In this document: positions 46,845 through 56,640 of the stretch, one piece after another
Layout: each line of letters begins with the position of its first letter
How positions within the stretch are numbered: the first letter of the stretch is position 1
Assembly (NCBI GenBank): GCA_041655755.1
Contig: JBBAEY010000001.1
Coordinates: forward strand, 13,389-77,388
Source: Tissierellaceae bacterium
GTDB lineage: Bacteria; Bacillota; Clostridia; Tissierellales; Tissierellaceae
Direction: 5' to 3'
DNA length: 64,000 bases
Made by a program: the position numbers and the translations under genes
Notes under the pieces: generated by a model
What the model saw: only the letters and a program-made list of their open reading frames with translations
The model's database searches: none
What the model was told of the DNA's origin: nothing

Positions 46845-48059
46845 GTGAAGGATAAGGTAGTTATAATAGGTGCTTCTATTACAGGAATTTATGCAATGGG
46901 TGAGTTAGTCAAAAATAAGTTTGATGGAGATATAACTATTGTCGATAAGAAGGATGTCTATCCTTATAATACATATCCCCTCTCAAAAGAGTGGATGATG
47001 GATATGGACGATATGGACCCTCCTTTTTTAAAAGATAGGGAATACTATAAAAAGCATAATATTGATATGAGGTTAAATACAAGAGTAGATTTCATTAATT
47101 GGGAAGAACAAACTGTAACAACCCATCTTGAGGAAATAATCCCCTATGACCACCTAATCATTGCAACAGGTTCTAAAGCTCGTAAGGTGAAATTACCTGG
47201 TGATGATGCTGGTGGGATTTTTTATCTTCGTGAGTTTAAGGATGCAAAGAAAATTAAGCAATGGGTAGGGGATATTGAAAATGTTGCCATAATTGGAACA
47301 GGTTTTATTGGCCTAGAGTTGGCATCAACCTTTGCCCAATTGGATAAAAAAGTTTCAGTATTGGTACGCTCTGGGAAACCCCTTGAAAAAGTCCTTGGCG
47401 AAGAAGTATCTGAATATTTCACAAAAATGCACCAATCACATAATGTGAATTTTATTTTTAATGAAGAAACAAAAGAATTTATTAAGGATAGCGAAGGCAA
47501 TATAGGCTCTATTCTCACCAAAAGCGGTAAAAATATTAAAACTGATATGGTTATAATAGCAGTGGGAGTTGAACCTAACTTATCTTTTAAGGTTGATTCT
47601 CTAGATATAGATCATGGTATTATTGTTAATGAGTATGGAGAGAGTTCATTACCAAATGTTTATGCAGGTGGAGATATTGTTAAATGGCCCTATAAAAATC
47701 GTTTAATCCACATAGAACACTGGGAAACTGCATGGGGGCAAGGAATATCAATTGCTAAAAATATCATAAATGAAAAGAGCAATAAATATAATGTAAATCC
47801 CTATTTCTGGACAGATCAATACGATGAAACCTTCGAATATCTAGGGAATGCAAGAACTTGGGATAAAACTATCATCAGGGGTTCTTTAAATAAAAAAGAA
47901 TTTGCAGTTGCTTATGTTGACAACAATAATTATCCTCTTGCTATCCTTTTTGCCAACAATTTCGAAAAAAGAAAAGATATAGAAAAATTATTGACTAAAA
48001 ATCAACCCCTTGATGGGACTAAATTTGCAGATGTCAATATATCTATTGATGAAATCTAA
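46845..48059 (+). CDS. FAD/NAD(P)-dependent pyridine nucleotide-disulfide-family oxidoreductase (ferredoxin-reductase type)
   Basis: 'VVIIGASITG' and 'VAIIGTGFIGLE' dinucleotide folds, plus 'GGDIV'. GTG start follows GGGAG. Confidence 0.8.
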   Translation: MKDKVVIIGASITGIYAMGELVKNKFDGDITIVDKKDVYPYNTYPLSKEWMMDMDDMDPPFLKDREYYKKHNIDMRLNTRVDFINWEEQTVTTHLEEIIPYDHLIIATGSKARKVKLPGDDAGGIFYLREFKDAKKIKQWVGDIENVAIIGTGFIGLELASTFAQLDKKVSVLVRSGKPLEKVLGEEVSEYFTKMHQSHNVNFIFNEETKEFIKDSEGNIGSILTKSGKNIKTDMVIIAVGVEPNLSFKVDSLDIDHGIIVNEYGESSLPNVYAGGDIVKWPYKNRLIHIEHWETAWGQGISIAKNIINEKSNKYNVNPYFWTDQYDETFEYLGNARTWDKTIIRGSLNKKEFAVAYVDNNNYPLAILFANNFEKRKDIEKLLTKNQPLDGTKFADVNISIDEI

Positions 48060-48104
48060 AACAAGGCCAATAGATCTGTTGCAAGGTAAATATTTTCTGG
48101 AAAC

Positions 48105-49385
48105 TTAATTGCTATAAATATTCGGCTTAGTTGGTAAAACTTGATTAATGAAAATTGTATCATATTGAATTTCATATATATACTTTAAAAATTCCTCAGC
48201 TGTTCCATATGCTAGAGCCCCGTAGGTCTTGACGCCATTCTCGCTAATATATGTTAGTGCATCGTCATAAAATTCTGTTTTGTAATCGAATAATTTTACA
48301 AATTTCTCACGATCCCTTAGATATTGGAGGCGTGAGGTAAAGTGTATTTCATAGGCTTCTGCCATGACCTCTGGATAGTCTTTATCCCGTAGGTCAGACA
48401 GGGCCGCATCTGTCCTCCAATCCGACAAATAAAATAAGGGGTATTTCTTTAAATTTGGCCTTTGAGTGTGGGACCCTTCGTCATTGGTATTGGGATTAAA
48501 TCCTATCAAATCTATTGCCTCTGGTGTAATGTCGGGTTCTTGTATTTGGCTGCTAGGCTTAATAGTCCTGATACCCACCCATTTAAAATTAATTGAAGGA
48601 TATTCCTCATTACTCATGTAATAAAACTCTTCCATAGTAAGGTCTTCTTTAAAAACAATACTCACAGAAATATATGATAAGGGGTTGAGCTCTTTTAAAT
48701 ACCGAATTGTCTCTTTATTCTTACTTTCGATTTCTCTATCCCACCCTATATTTGACCCACTTTTATTCTCTGGGAGTTCATATTTTATCTTTTTAAAGCC
48801 TTCAAATAGCCAATAGCTTTTAGACCCAAATATGCCATCTATTCCATAGGACAATCTACCTTTTGAAAGGTTCATGAAATGCATTGTCTCATCTTTTGCA
48901 AAAAGGTCTTTCATAGAATACATTATTTCATATTTCCCAAACCCCTTGGCCTCTGGGCTTGCCCATGAGCCAAGTGAAAAACCTGGTTTATTAAGACTAA
49001 GGTAGGCCTGCATGTCATAGAAAAAATCTGATCTTTTATATTCTTCTTTCTCTGACATAGTAACCGATTTAGGGTTATAGTAGATGGAATTAATAATATT
49101 TGACACCCCATAAAAGATACTAAGATAAAGCAAGGTCATTATCAAAACAGATTTCACCACGACCCTTCTCAGCTTACTATTAACACTTTTTTTAATTTTT
49201 CTTGTTTCTTCATCGCATATCTCATCACTGGATAATCCACTGATATGACTAATTTCCTCATCAAATGTTTCCGCCATGTATTCTTCAAATGCTTCCTGTT
49301 TTTCTAGCTCTTGTTCGATTAGCTGCTTTTCTTCTTCGGTAACCTTCCCCTTCTTATATCTATCTAACAGATCTTTATAGTTCAT
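48105..49385 (-). CDS. Anti-sigma factor (single TM, large extracytoplasmic C-terminal domain)
   Basis: 4-nt ATGA overlap with the sigma gene. The N-terminal helical region 'LLDRYKKGKVTEEEKQLIEQELE' is followed by a TM segment. Confidence 0.65.
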   Translation of the reverse strand: MNYKDLLDRYKKGKVTEEEKQLIEQELEKQEAFEEYMAETFDEEISHISGLSSDEICDEETRKIKKSVNSKLRRVVVKSVLIMTLLYLSIFYGVSNIINSIYYNPKSVTMSEKEEYKRSDFFYDMQAYLSLNKPGFSLGSWASPEAKGFGKYEIMYSMKDLFAKDETMHFMNLSKGRLSYGIDGIFGSKSYWLFEGFKKIKYELPENKSGSNIGWDREIESKNKETIRYLKELNPLSYISVSIVFKEDLTMEEFYYMSNEEYPSINFKWVGIRTIKPSSQIQEPDITPEAIDLIGFNPNTNDEGSHTQRPNLKKYPLFYLSDWRTDAALSDLRDKDYPEVMAEAYEIHFTSRLQYLRDREKFVKLFDYKTEFYDDALTYISENGVKTYGALAYGTAEEFLKYIYEIQYDTIFINQVLPTKPNIYSN

Positions 49386-49852
49386 TTACTCCCCTCCATT
49401 TCCTTCTTAAGCTTCTTCCTAGCTCTATATAACATTGTCTTAGCTGCCCCTTCTGTGGTGTTTCTTGATTTGCTAATTTCTTCTAAAGAAAAATCGCAAA
49501 AATAATAGAGAATAAGAATTTCTTTGTATGACTCATTGAGATTTATTATTAAATTATATAAATTCTTGCTGCTTTCAGATTCAATAATCTTATCTAAAGT
49601 GGTCTCGTAATTCGATAAGGTATTTTCGATAATATCGTGACTACCATATTCCCTATTTAGCTTAATATAATCCAAGTAAAGATTCTTACATACTCTAAAC
49701 AACCAGTATTTAATATGATTTACATTGTCTACAGATAAATATGCCTTGAAAAAGGTGTCACTTGTCAAATCCTGTGCCAAGTGATGGTTTTTGCAAAGTG
49801 AAAATGCATATAGATATAATTCTTTATGATACTTAATATAAAGTTTTTCCAT
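49382..49852 (-). CDS. ECF-type sigma-70 family factor
   Basis: Region 2 'DLTSDTFFKAY', 'YWLFRVCKNLYLDYIK'. Region 4 'SLEEISKSRNTTEGAAKTMLYRARKKL'. Start uncertain: ATG 49852 or TTG 49888. Confidence 0.8.
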   Translation of the reverse strand: MEKLYIKYHKELYLYAFSLCKNHHLAQDLTSDTFFKAYLSVDNVNHIKYWLFRVCKNLYLDYIKLNREYGSHDIIENTLSNYETTLDKIIESESSKNLYNLIINLNESYKEILILYYFCDFSLEEISKSRNTTEGAAKTMLYRARKKLKKEMEGSK

Positions 49853-50282
49853 TTGATTATTTACCACACTGGCTGACACCCCCTCCAATATATAAACGAA
49901 TGAAAATAAACTAGGTTACACTTATTTATTGAAAATTTATAAATTCCTATTTGTTATCATTATACCGCTATTATTTTTATTTGTCCTTTTTGGGTGTAGG
50001 GGACATAAAAAGTGAAGAAGCCACCCTATGGGTGACTCTAAAAAATACTTATTCAATTTTTAGCTAGTACCTTGATTTGAAATTCTCGCCTATATTCATA
50101 GCTCCATTCTTCGGCATTTAAATTATATTCTGAGCTAATTGTATCAGATATTCATTCTATATAAACATTACATATAATCCTCTAAGGATAAAAAATTCTG
50201 GATTATAAAGTATATCTTCCCAAAATGTTGACCCCTTTCCTTTCATTACCACTAATTATTCTAAATTCAATATCTTTGTATA

Positions 50283-50786
50283 TTATAAACATTTTATATA
50301 CCTTAATTCCAATGGTTTGTTGGAAAACCTACTATATTTTTTACTCCCATCAAAGGTAAAACCATGCTTTTCATAAAACTTCCTTGCTCGTAGGTTTTCC
50401 TCATAAACCCATAGAGATATTTTCTTACACCCTTGTTTTTTTAATAATTCTACGGTTTGCTCCATTAATTTGGCGGAAATACCCTTGCCCCAAGTTTCTT
50501 CAAGTAGATATATTGAATAGATTGAACCGCAGCTTTCTAATCCTTCATCATTATCCTTATTCGCAAATACTAATCCACATGGTACTTCATTAAATATTCC
50601 AATTAAAACAATTTCACCATCTTCTATAAATTTTTCAAATTGCACCTTCCTCCTGTCCTTATCCAAATATCTAGTTATCTCATCTTCAGGTATTAATTCA
50701 CTATATGCTGATTTCCAACTTTTAACTATAATATCTGCTAAGTGACCAGCATCTTCTTTTCTAGCAGCCCTAACTTTTATCCCCAT
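50283..50786 (-). CDS. GNAT-family N-acetyltransferase
   Basis: 'WGKGISAKLME' and 'ENLRARKFYEKHGF'. Confidence 0.85.
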   Translation of the reverse strand: MGIKVRAARKEDAGHLADIIVKSWKSAYSELIPEDEITRYLDKDRRKVQFEKFIEDGEIVLIGIFNEVPCGLVFANKDNDEGLESCGSIYSIYLLEETWGKGISAKLMEQTVELLKKQGCKKISLWVYEENLRARKFYEKHGFTFDGSKKYSRFSNKPLELRYIKCL

Positions 50787-51039
50787 AACCTAGCCTCCTG
50801 TATTATACCTATTCTTGTATAAATAAGGCATTGCTATTGCAATGGCCCATAGTTTTTCTAATCTACAAATATATTCTGTATGCCTTGAATGATCAATTAT
50901 TATGTTGCAGGGAGGTGGATTTAATTCGTCTTGCCGAGCCAAATAGCATTTAAACTTGACATATATGACCCGTCTTTGGGAATATGCCTAATTCTAAATG
51001 CTATAAAAAACAACTTCGCGGTTTTTCTCTAGGACATTT

Positions 51040-51330
51040 TTAGTATTGTAACAAGTTTAAATATTGAGAAAGCCTTTCCTTTACATACTCTCCCACCATG
51101 TTCACCATCGGTGACGCGTCACCATCCCGATAATAGCTGTCAAAGCAGGCGTAATATTTTCTCCTGTCCACAAATTTTACATCGATTGGCGGGTAACCCG
51201 CCTGCATCAGCATCAAGTTTAAAATCAGCCGCCCCGTTCGTCCATTGCCGTCATATAATGTAACAAAAAGAAATGGGTATATTTCAACCGTTTCTGTATG
51301 TGAAAGGGCAGAATAAATCTTTATACTAGT
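51040..51330 (-). pseudogene. Fic-domain gene remnant (C-terminal part only, disrupted Fic motif)
   Basis: Minus-strand frame reads ..SHTETVEIYPFLFVTLYDGNGRTGRLILNLMLMQAGYPPIDVKFVDRRKYY..*. There is no start codon, and a TGA lies just upstream. The stretch is locally GC-rich, about 55% in one spot-counted 60-nt line. Confidence 0.7.
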
Positions 51331-51405
51331 ACTTCATAGTTTTATAACCTTCTCAGTATTATCTAATTCTTGATAATAACAGTATTTTAAAATCTCAAGA
51401 GTTAC

Positions 51406-52491
51406 TTATTCACCAATCCAACCCTTACCAGTTACAAACCATTTAAACATCTGCCATGCATGAACATAATAATCAAAAATTAACCATTTTTTATAATTTT
51501 TGATTAAATAAATTCTTCTGTCTAAACAGGGATGTTCTTTCACCTTAAAGTACTTACTATAGAGTGCCTTATACCATGGCATCTTCTCATTACCTTGTTT
51601 TTTTAATCTCGTTAATAAATTTATCATAGCTTCATGAGTTACACCCTCATATGTACATGCAATCCTATCAGCTCTAATCTCTTGAATTTGTTTCCATAAA
51701 CGTCTATCATCTATAGAGAAAAAAATCACCATGGCAATTCCATATACTAATACAATGGGTGAAATAATAATAACAATTAAATTGTCTAATATGTAAATAT
51801 TAGAAAGAAAATAGAGTAATAACATACTCACATAAAATCCAACAAGTACCAAAACTAAGCCTATCAATCTTCTAAATTTTTCAATCTTATTAAAATCTCC
51901 ATTTTTAAAATGAGCTATTTCATAAGCAACTAAGGCTGCAAGTTCATCGGATGGTAATGTTTCACATGGTTGATAGAAAAGAATTCCTCTTCGTCTTTTC
52001 TTACTACCCTGAAAAGCTAACGCCCCAATTTTATTAACTTCTAAAAAATAAAATTCTAAATTATAAATACCTGCATTAATACACATTTCTTCTACAATAC
52101 TTCTAAATTCTCCATAAGGAACTTGACTATAATTATATTCATTTTTATCTTCAGATATATAATGCCACCATATCTTTGTCCATCTTATTCCCAAAGCAAA
52201 AAGGCATATATAATAGATAAAAAGTATCCAATTAAAACCTGCTTTATTATAAAATTCATACATCAATACATATGAAACAAATATAGGCATAATGAACATT
52301 AAAAATATTACTACTGCCCCAATTAAATCATCTGTATTATTATCTAAAATTAATTCTTGGAATTGTCTATCTTTTATTCGCTTAAAAACCTTAATCTTTT
52401 TAAACATCTTCTTTAATTCAACTATTGAGTGCATGATTGCTACAATGCTACCAGTGATATAGCAAATAGCCCCCATAATCCCAGCTAACAT
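51406..52491 (-). CDS. Polytopic membrane protein with degenerate M48/M56-type metallopeptidase motif
   Basis: 'LVAYEIAHFKNGD' stands where HExxH is expected, and 'QEIRADRIA' matches the E..AD third-ligand region. About 6 TM segments. Confidence 0.6.
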   Translation of the reverse strand: MLAGIMGAICYITGSIVAIMHSIVELKKMFKKIKVFKRIKDRQFQELILDNNTDDLIGAVVIFLMFIMPIFVSYVLMYEFYNKAGFNWILFIYYICLFALGIRWTKIWWHYISEDKNEYNYSQVPYGEFRSIVEEMCINAGIYNLEFYFLEVNKIGALAFQGSKKRRRGILFYQPCETLPSDELAALVAYEIAHFKNGDFNKIEKFRRLIGLVLVLVGFYVSMLLLYFLSNIYILDNLIVIIISPIVLVYGIAMVIFFSIDDRRLWKQIQEIRADRIACTYEGVTHEAMINLLTRLKKQGNEKMPWYKALYSKYFKVKEHPCLDRRIYLIKNYKKWLIFDYYVHAWQMFKWFVTGKGWIGE

Positions 52492-52528
52492 ATTTATGGT
52501 TATCGCTTCCTCTCTGCAATTCTAAACT

Positions 52529-53518
52529 TTATTCTATTTCCATACCGTAAGGATTATTATCTCTTAGATATGCCTTTAAATCGGGATGAATTTCAACCAC
52601 AAACTCATCTAAGTAATCTTGAACAATTGATGCAACCCAATATTGACTACCTTCTGGTGGTGTCATTCCCACCTCTAAAAAATTCACATAATCAAATGAA
52701 GATATATAATCTGGTTTTATAAGTATTAATACCACTAAGAAATATGATGTAATATAAGTAATATCCCTATGTACGTGTTTTAATAAAAATTCGACTTTCT
52801 CACTCTCGTTAAAGGATATTATGTTATCAATTAAAAAACTTCTATCATTACTATGAGTATAATTATTCTGTTTTCGAGACATGAGTTTCCACATATTTTC
52901 CAACCCGTGCTTTGTAATACAACTTTCAACCAACTTATTTCTTTTTAGATAATTTAAGTAATTTTTTATATCTAATAATCTATAAAATTCACCACTTTCA
53001 GCATTATTGTTAAACCATGCATCTATCGCTTTATCTTGTTGGTCTTTTCTAATACCTAAAGACTGAATGCTAAAACTTAGAGTAATAGCTTCAATAAATT
53101 TTTCTTCTGTCATTTTCTCACCCAATATTTCATTGAGTTCCTTATCAATTAGCCCTTTTCTATTATTTGAGGTCTCAATAATATAAAGATACAAGAAAAT
53201 ATCGTCTTTATATTTTCTTATAAGCATATTCGAATCTGCAAAACTTCCAAGCCTACAGCAAGCAGAAATACTCTCCAAGGTTTTACTTGTAGCAATCAAA
53301 AAATCTGCTGTTAAAATATATGTATTTTCATCTATAATATTTGTTATTGGACTTCTACAAGCACTATCACCGAGAAAATCTAACAATTCTCTATTTTTTT
53401 CAATGATTCTATCAAACTCATCAAATGAAATAATATTTGACAAATCACTGCCATATCTTTTTTGTTCATCTACCATTTTACCAAACTTATCCACCATCAT
53501 ATTATTATCCCAACTCAT
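52529..53518 (-). CDS. Hypothetical cytoplasmic protein (no family recognised)
   Basis: 329-aa ORF, 37 nt from both neighbours. All-helical look. Weak 'SRKQNNYTH' Rx6H-like stretch. Confidence 0.55.
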   Translation of the reverse strand: MSWDNNMMVDKFGKMVDEQKRYGSDLSNIISFDEFDRIIEKNRELLDFLGDSACRSPITNIIDENTYILTADFLIATSKTLESISACCRLGSFADSNMLIRKYKDDIFLYLYIIETSNNRKGLIDKELNEILGEKMTEEKFIEAITLSFSIQSLGIRKDQQDKAIDAWFNNNAESGEFYRLLDIKNYLNYLKRNKLVESCITKHGLENMWKLMSRKQNNYTHSNDRSFLIDNIISFNESEKVEFLLKHVHRDITYITSYFLVVLILIKPDYISSFDYVNFLEVGMTPPEGSQYWVASIVQDYLDEFVVEIHPDLKAYLRDNNPYGMEIE

Positions 53519-53555
53519 TTTTAAAATTTTCCGATTATTTTAAATGTAATTTTAG

Positions 53556-54356
53556 CTAATCTTCTGATTCATAAATAGAGCCTTGTTGCCCATTAAATCC
53601 TTCTACAATTTGTTTTAATATCACATTATGATACGTTTTAATCAAGTTTCTTTCAGTATCTCCAATATAACTGTTGTGAGCTATTAGATTTCTACACTCT
53701 GCCATTTCATTTAATTTGGGAATAATAAAATCTCTGTTAGAAAAATATGCCTTAAACAATTCCCAATTATTATCTATAAGACTTCCCAAATCTTTAAAGT
53801 CCAAATAAAACAATTCATTACCTCTTACGCTTAACCATTTATTATTTGCTGCCTTTTCTTTTCTATTTTCAATTGTACCTCTCAGTGATTTTGTTACATT
53901 AATTTTTGTAAAGTAGTCCTCTCCATAAGTTGTTTTATACACCTTTTCTATAAATAATCTTAATGAATTCTCAACAGCATAAAGATATGTATGCGTCTCC
54001 GCCATATGATACCCTTTAGTTTTAACATCTTCAGGCAAAATTTCATGAATAATTTTATAAGATATTGAGTTCGTATTTTTTTCTAAATCTAAAATTAAAT
54101 CATCTTCTAAATCAAAGTCTTTGGGTAAGTCTATTGAAAATGAAATGCTTTTTATATCATATCCAACTTCTGGAGGGATTAATTCCTCGCATATATTAGA
54201 TAATAGTTTCTTGTTTCCATCAGTATCAAGTAATTTTTTATAAGATGGATTAACTTGAAATTTAATATATGCCGCATATGCATTACTTCTACCCCAATGA
54301 CCATCATAATATGAGTATCCATCTTCTTCGACACTTACATTTGCTCCTTTTAGCAT
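53556..54356 (-). CDS. Swt1-like HEPN-domain protein
   Basis: C-terminal half: 'AVENSLRLFIEKV', 'LDFKDLGSLIDNNWELF', 'LNEMAECRNLIAHNSYI' (Rx4H HEPN motif). The true start may be 54454, via a 1-nt frameshift (see finding). Confidence 0.7.
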   Translation of the reverse strand: MLKGANVSVEEDGYSYYDGHWGRSNAYAAYIKFQVNPSYKKLLDTDGNKKLLSNICEELIPPEVGYDIKSISFSIDLPKDFDLEDDLILDLEKNTNSISYKIIHEILPEDVKTKGYHMAETHTYLYAVENSLRLFIEKVYKTTYGEDYFTKINVTKSLRGTIENRKEKAANNKWLSVRGNELFYLDFKDLGSLIDNNWELFKAYFSNRDFIIPKLNEMAECRNLIAHNSYIGDTERNLIKTYHNVILKQIVEGFNGQQGSIYESED

Positions 54357-54525
54357 ATTTGCGATGTCATACTGGTCCTGTTCTTTTAAAGAATATATAA
54401 TTCCTTCTAAAATCTCTTATTTGTAAATGATAAATTATATGTAAATCCGTTCATATTATCTATCCTCCCAAAATAATTTAAGGGTACTTTAAGTTTTAAA
54501 TTCTCAACTAAAATACCCTTAAATA

Positions 54526-54534
54526 ATTATATCA
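54526..54534 (-). promoter_or_regulatory. Extended -10 element TGATATAAT upstream of the HEPN operon
   Basis: Exact TGnTATAAT on the minus strand. It is followed by a 5-prime leader hairpin TTAAGGGTA / TACCCTTAA and then GGGAGG. Confidence 0.4.
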
Positions 54535-54792
54535 TTTTTCCATAATGTTTCAAATTTAATTAAATACAATCTGTATTTCCTCATTTGTTATAGTAACAAC
54601 TTTGATAAACAGTTGAGCAATTTCCTTTTTTCTATCAAAATCATAACTATTCCAATTATCAATACAGTCTTGTATCTGCTCAATGTAAGCGTCCAATAAA
54701 ATCATGGGTTTAAACTACCACCTTAAAGTGAGATAATGGATTGGCAACCCTTTTTTAGACAAAAGTCTACTTAACACAGCTTAAGTTTATTA

Positions 54793-55614
54793 CTATGATG
54801 CTTTATTGATTTTGTTAGTTTTCAAAAGTCTATATTCAACTGGTGACATATAACCTATAGAGCCGTGGATTCTTAAGTTGTTATACCAGTAAATATATTC
54901 TGCCAGCTCCAGCTTTAGCTGGTCCAGGCTCTCGAAGTTTTTCTGATAAATAAATTCCGTCTTTAGTATTTTGTTGGTAGCTTCACTAACTGCATTGTCA
55001 TAAGGATTACCTTTACTACTCAAGGAACGCTGAATTTTAAAGCTTTTAAGAACATTATCTATTAATTCGTTATCATATTCGTTTCCACGATCAGAGTGGA
55101 AAATATCGATGTCTTTTAAGGAATATTTGCATGTTAGGAGAGCTTGCTCTATGAGTTTGGCATCTTTATTTGCACCTACAGAATAGCCAATAATTTCTCT
55201 ATTAAATAGGTCTATCAAGGTACAGATATAATTCCAACTATTAGCTACTCTAACGTAGGTTAAATCGCTTACAGCTACTTTTAGCTTGACTCTATTATCG
55301 AATTTTCTATCTACTAGATCAGGTGTAAAAGATTGGTTGCAGGTCTGTGGATGGAGCTTGTACTGGGCAACTGTGTAATTGGATACCAGGCTGTTTTCTT
55401 TCATTATTCTTGAGATTCTTCTTCTGGAGACTTGATATCCTAGTTTTGCCAGCTCAATCTTAATTTTTCTACTGCCATAGTTATTGCGGCTTCGCCTAAA
55501 TATTTCCTTGATATAATCTTCTAGAATCATATTTTCGCTCCTATTAGAAGCTGCAGAAACTCTATTTATGTGGTAGTAGACTAGGCCTTTTGAGACCTTT
55601 AAAAATTTACACAT
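54793..55614 (-). CDS. IS3-family transposase OrfB (DDE integrase core); expressed as an OrfAB fusion by -1 frameshift
   Basis: rve-type core with 'DLTYV', 'HSDRGNEY' and 'ES..ATNKILKTE'. The frame stays open upstream to the A5G site at 55659-55665. Confidence 0.85.
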   Translation of the reverse strand: MCKFLKVSKGLVYYHINRVSAASNRSENMILEDYIKEIFRRSRNNYGSRKIKIELAKLGYQVSRRRISRIMKENSLVSNYTVAQYKLHPQTCNQSFTPDLVDRKFDNRVKLKVAVSDLTYVRVANSWNYICTLIDLFNREIIGYSVGANKDAKLIEQALLTCKYSLKDIDIFHSDRGNEYDNELIDNVLKSFKIQRSLSSKGNPYDNAVSEATNKILKTEFIYQKNFESLDQLKLELAEYIYWYNNLRIHGSIGYMSPVEYRLLKTNKINKAS

Positions 55615-55655
55615 GGCACTAACACTGTACTTCTCTTTATTTGAAATAATTAGGT

Positions 55656-55934
<279 letters not shown>

Positions 55935-56083
55935 TAAAATCTCCTCCTGTTTTTATTGTACCATGTTAAGTAAAGATCTGTCCTATTTAGTATAGCCTGT
56001 CCACATTAATGTTATATTAACACTAGGAGCTTACATTTTAATCCTAGTGTTTTTGTATAATTAATAAAAACCGCAGTTAAGGC

Positions 56084-56113
56084 GATACGGTGAACCCTAT
56101 CACAAGTGACTCT
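56084..56113 (+). repeat. Direct repeat copy 1 (GATACGGTGAACCCTATCACAAGTGACTCT)
   Basis: 27/30 identity with 56641-56670, including an exact 20-mer CGGTGAACCCTATCACAAGT. Confidence 0.85.
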
Positions 56114-56245
56114 ATAAAAGGCCTTGTAATAGTTAATCAAGTGAATTGCAATCTAAATTAAGTACCTCTCGTAATTGTTAATATGATATACTGTAACCAA
56201 GGAGAAGGCGACAGAAGTATTAACCAAAACAAGGGAGGTGTTTTT

Positions 56246-56572
56246 ATGGTTGAAATCCCTGAAAACATCAGAATTATAATAGAGAACTATTTAAAGGATT
56301 TAAGCTCTGAAATAGATATAGATAAGGCTATTCTATTCGGATCTTATGCTAAAGGTAATTATGATGCAGATAGTGACATTGATCTGGCTATATTTTCTGA
56401 TTCATTTAAAGAAATGGAACGTGTAGAAAGTATTAAATATTTATTGAAAAGGGCTAGGAAATATAGGGGTGTGGACTTACAACCTATTTCCTTTACAAAG
56501 CAAGACTACGCAGAGGGAGTAGGAATAGTAGAGGAAGTATTGAAAACAGGAATTGAGGTATATATAAACTAA
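56246..56572 (+). CDS. Minimal nucleotidyltransferase (MNT-type, antitoxin-like), no adjacent HEPN partner
   Basis: 'AILFGSYAKGNYDADSDIDLAIFSD'. GGGAGGTG lies 5 nt upstream of the ATG at 56246. Confidence 0.8.
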   Translation: MVEIPENIRIIIENYLKDLSSEIDIDKAILFGSYAKGNYDADSDIDLAIFSDSFKEMERVESIKYLLKRARKYRGVDLQPISFTKQDYAEGVGIVEEVLKTGIEVYIN

Positions 56573-56640
56573 TGTGATACTAGGCAATAAATCTAACAAA
56601 TAGGTTTGTTGCCCTTTTATAATCTTTATAAGGTTCATAT

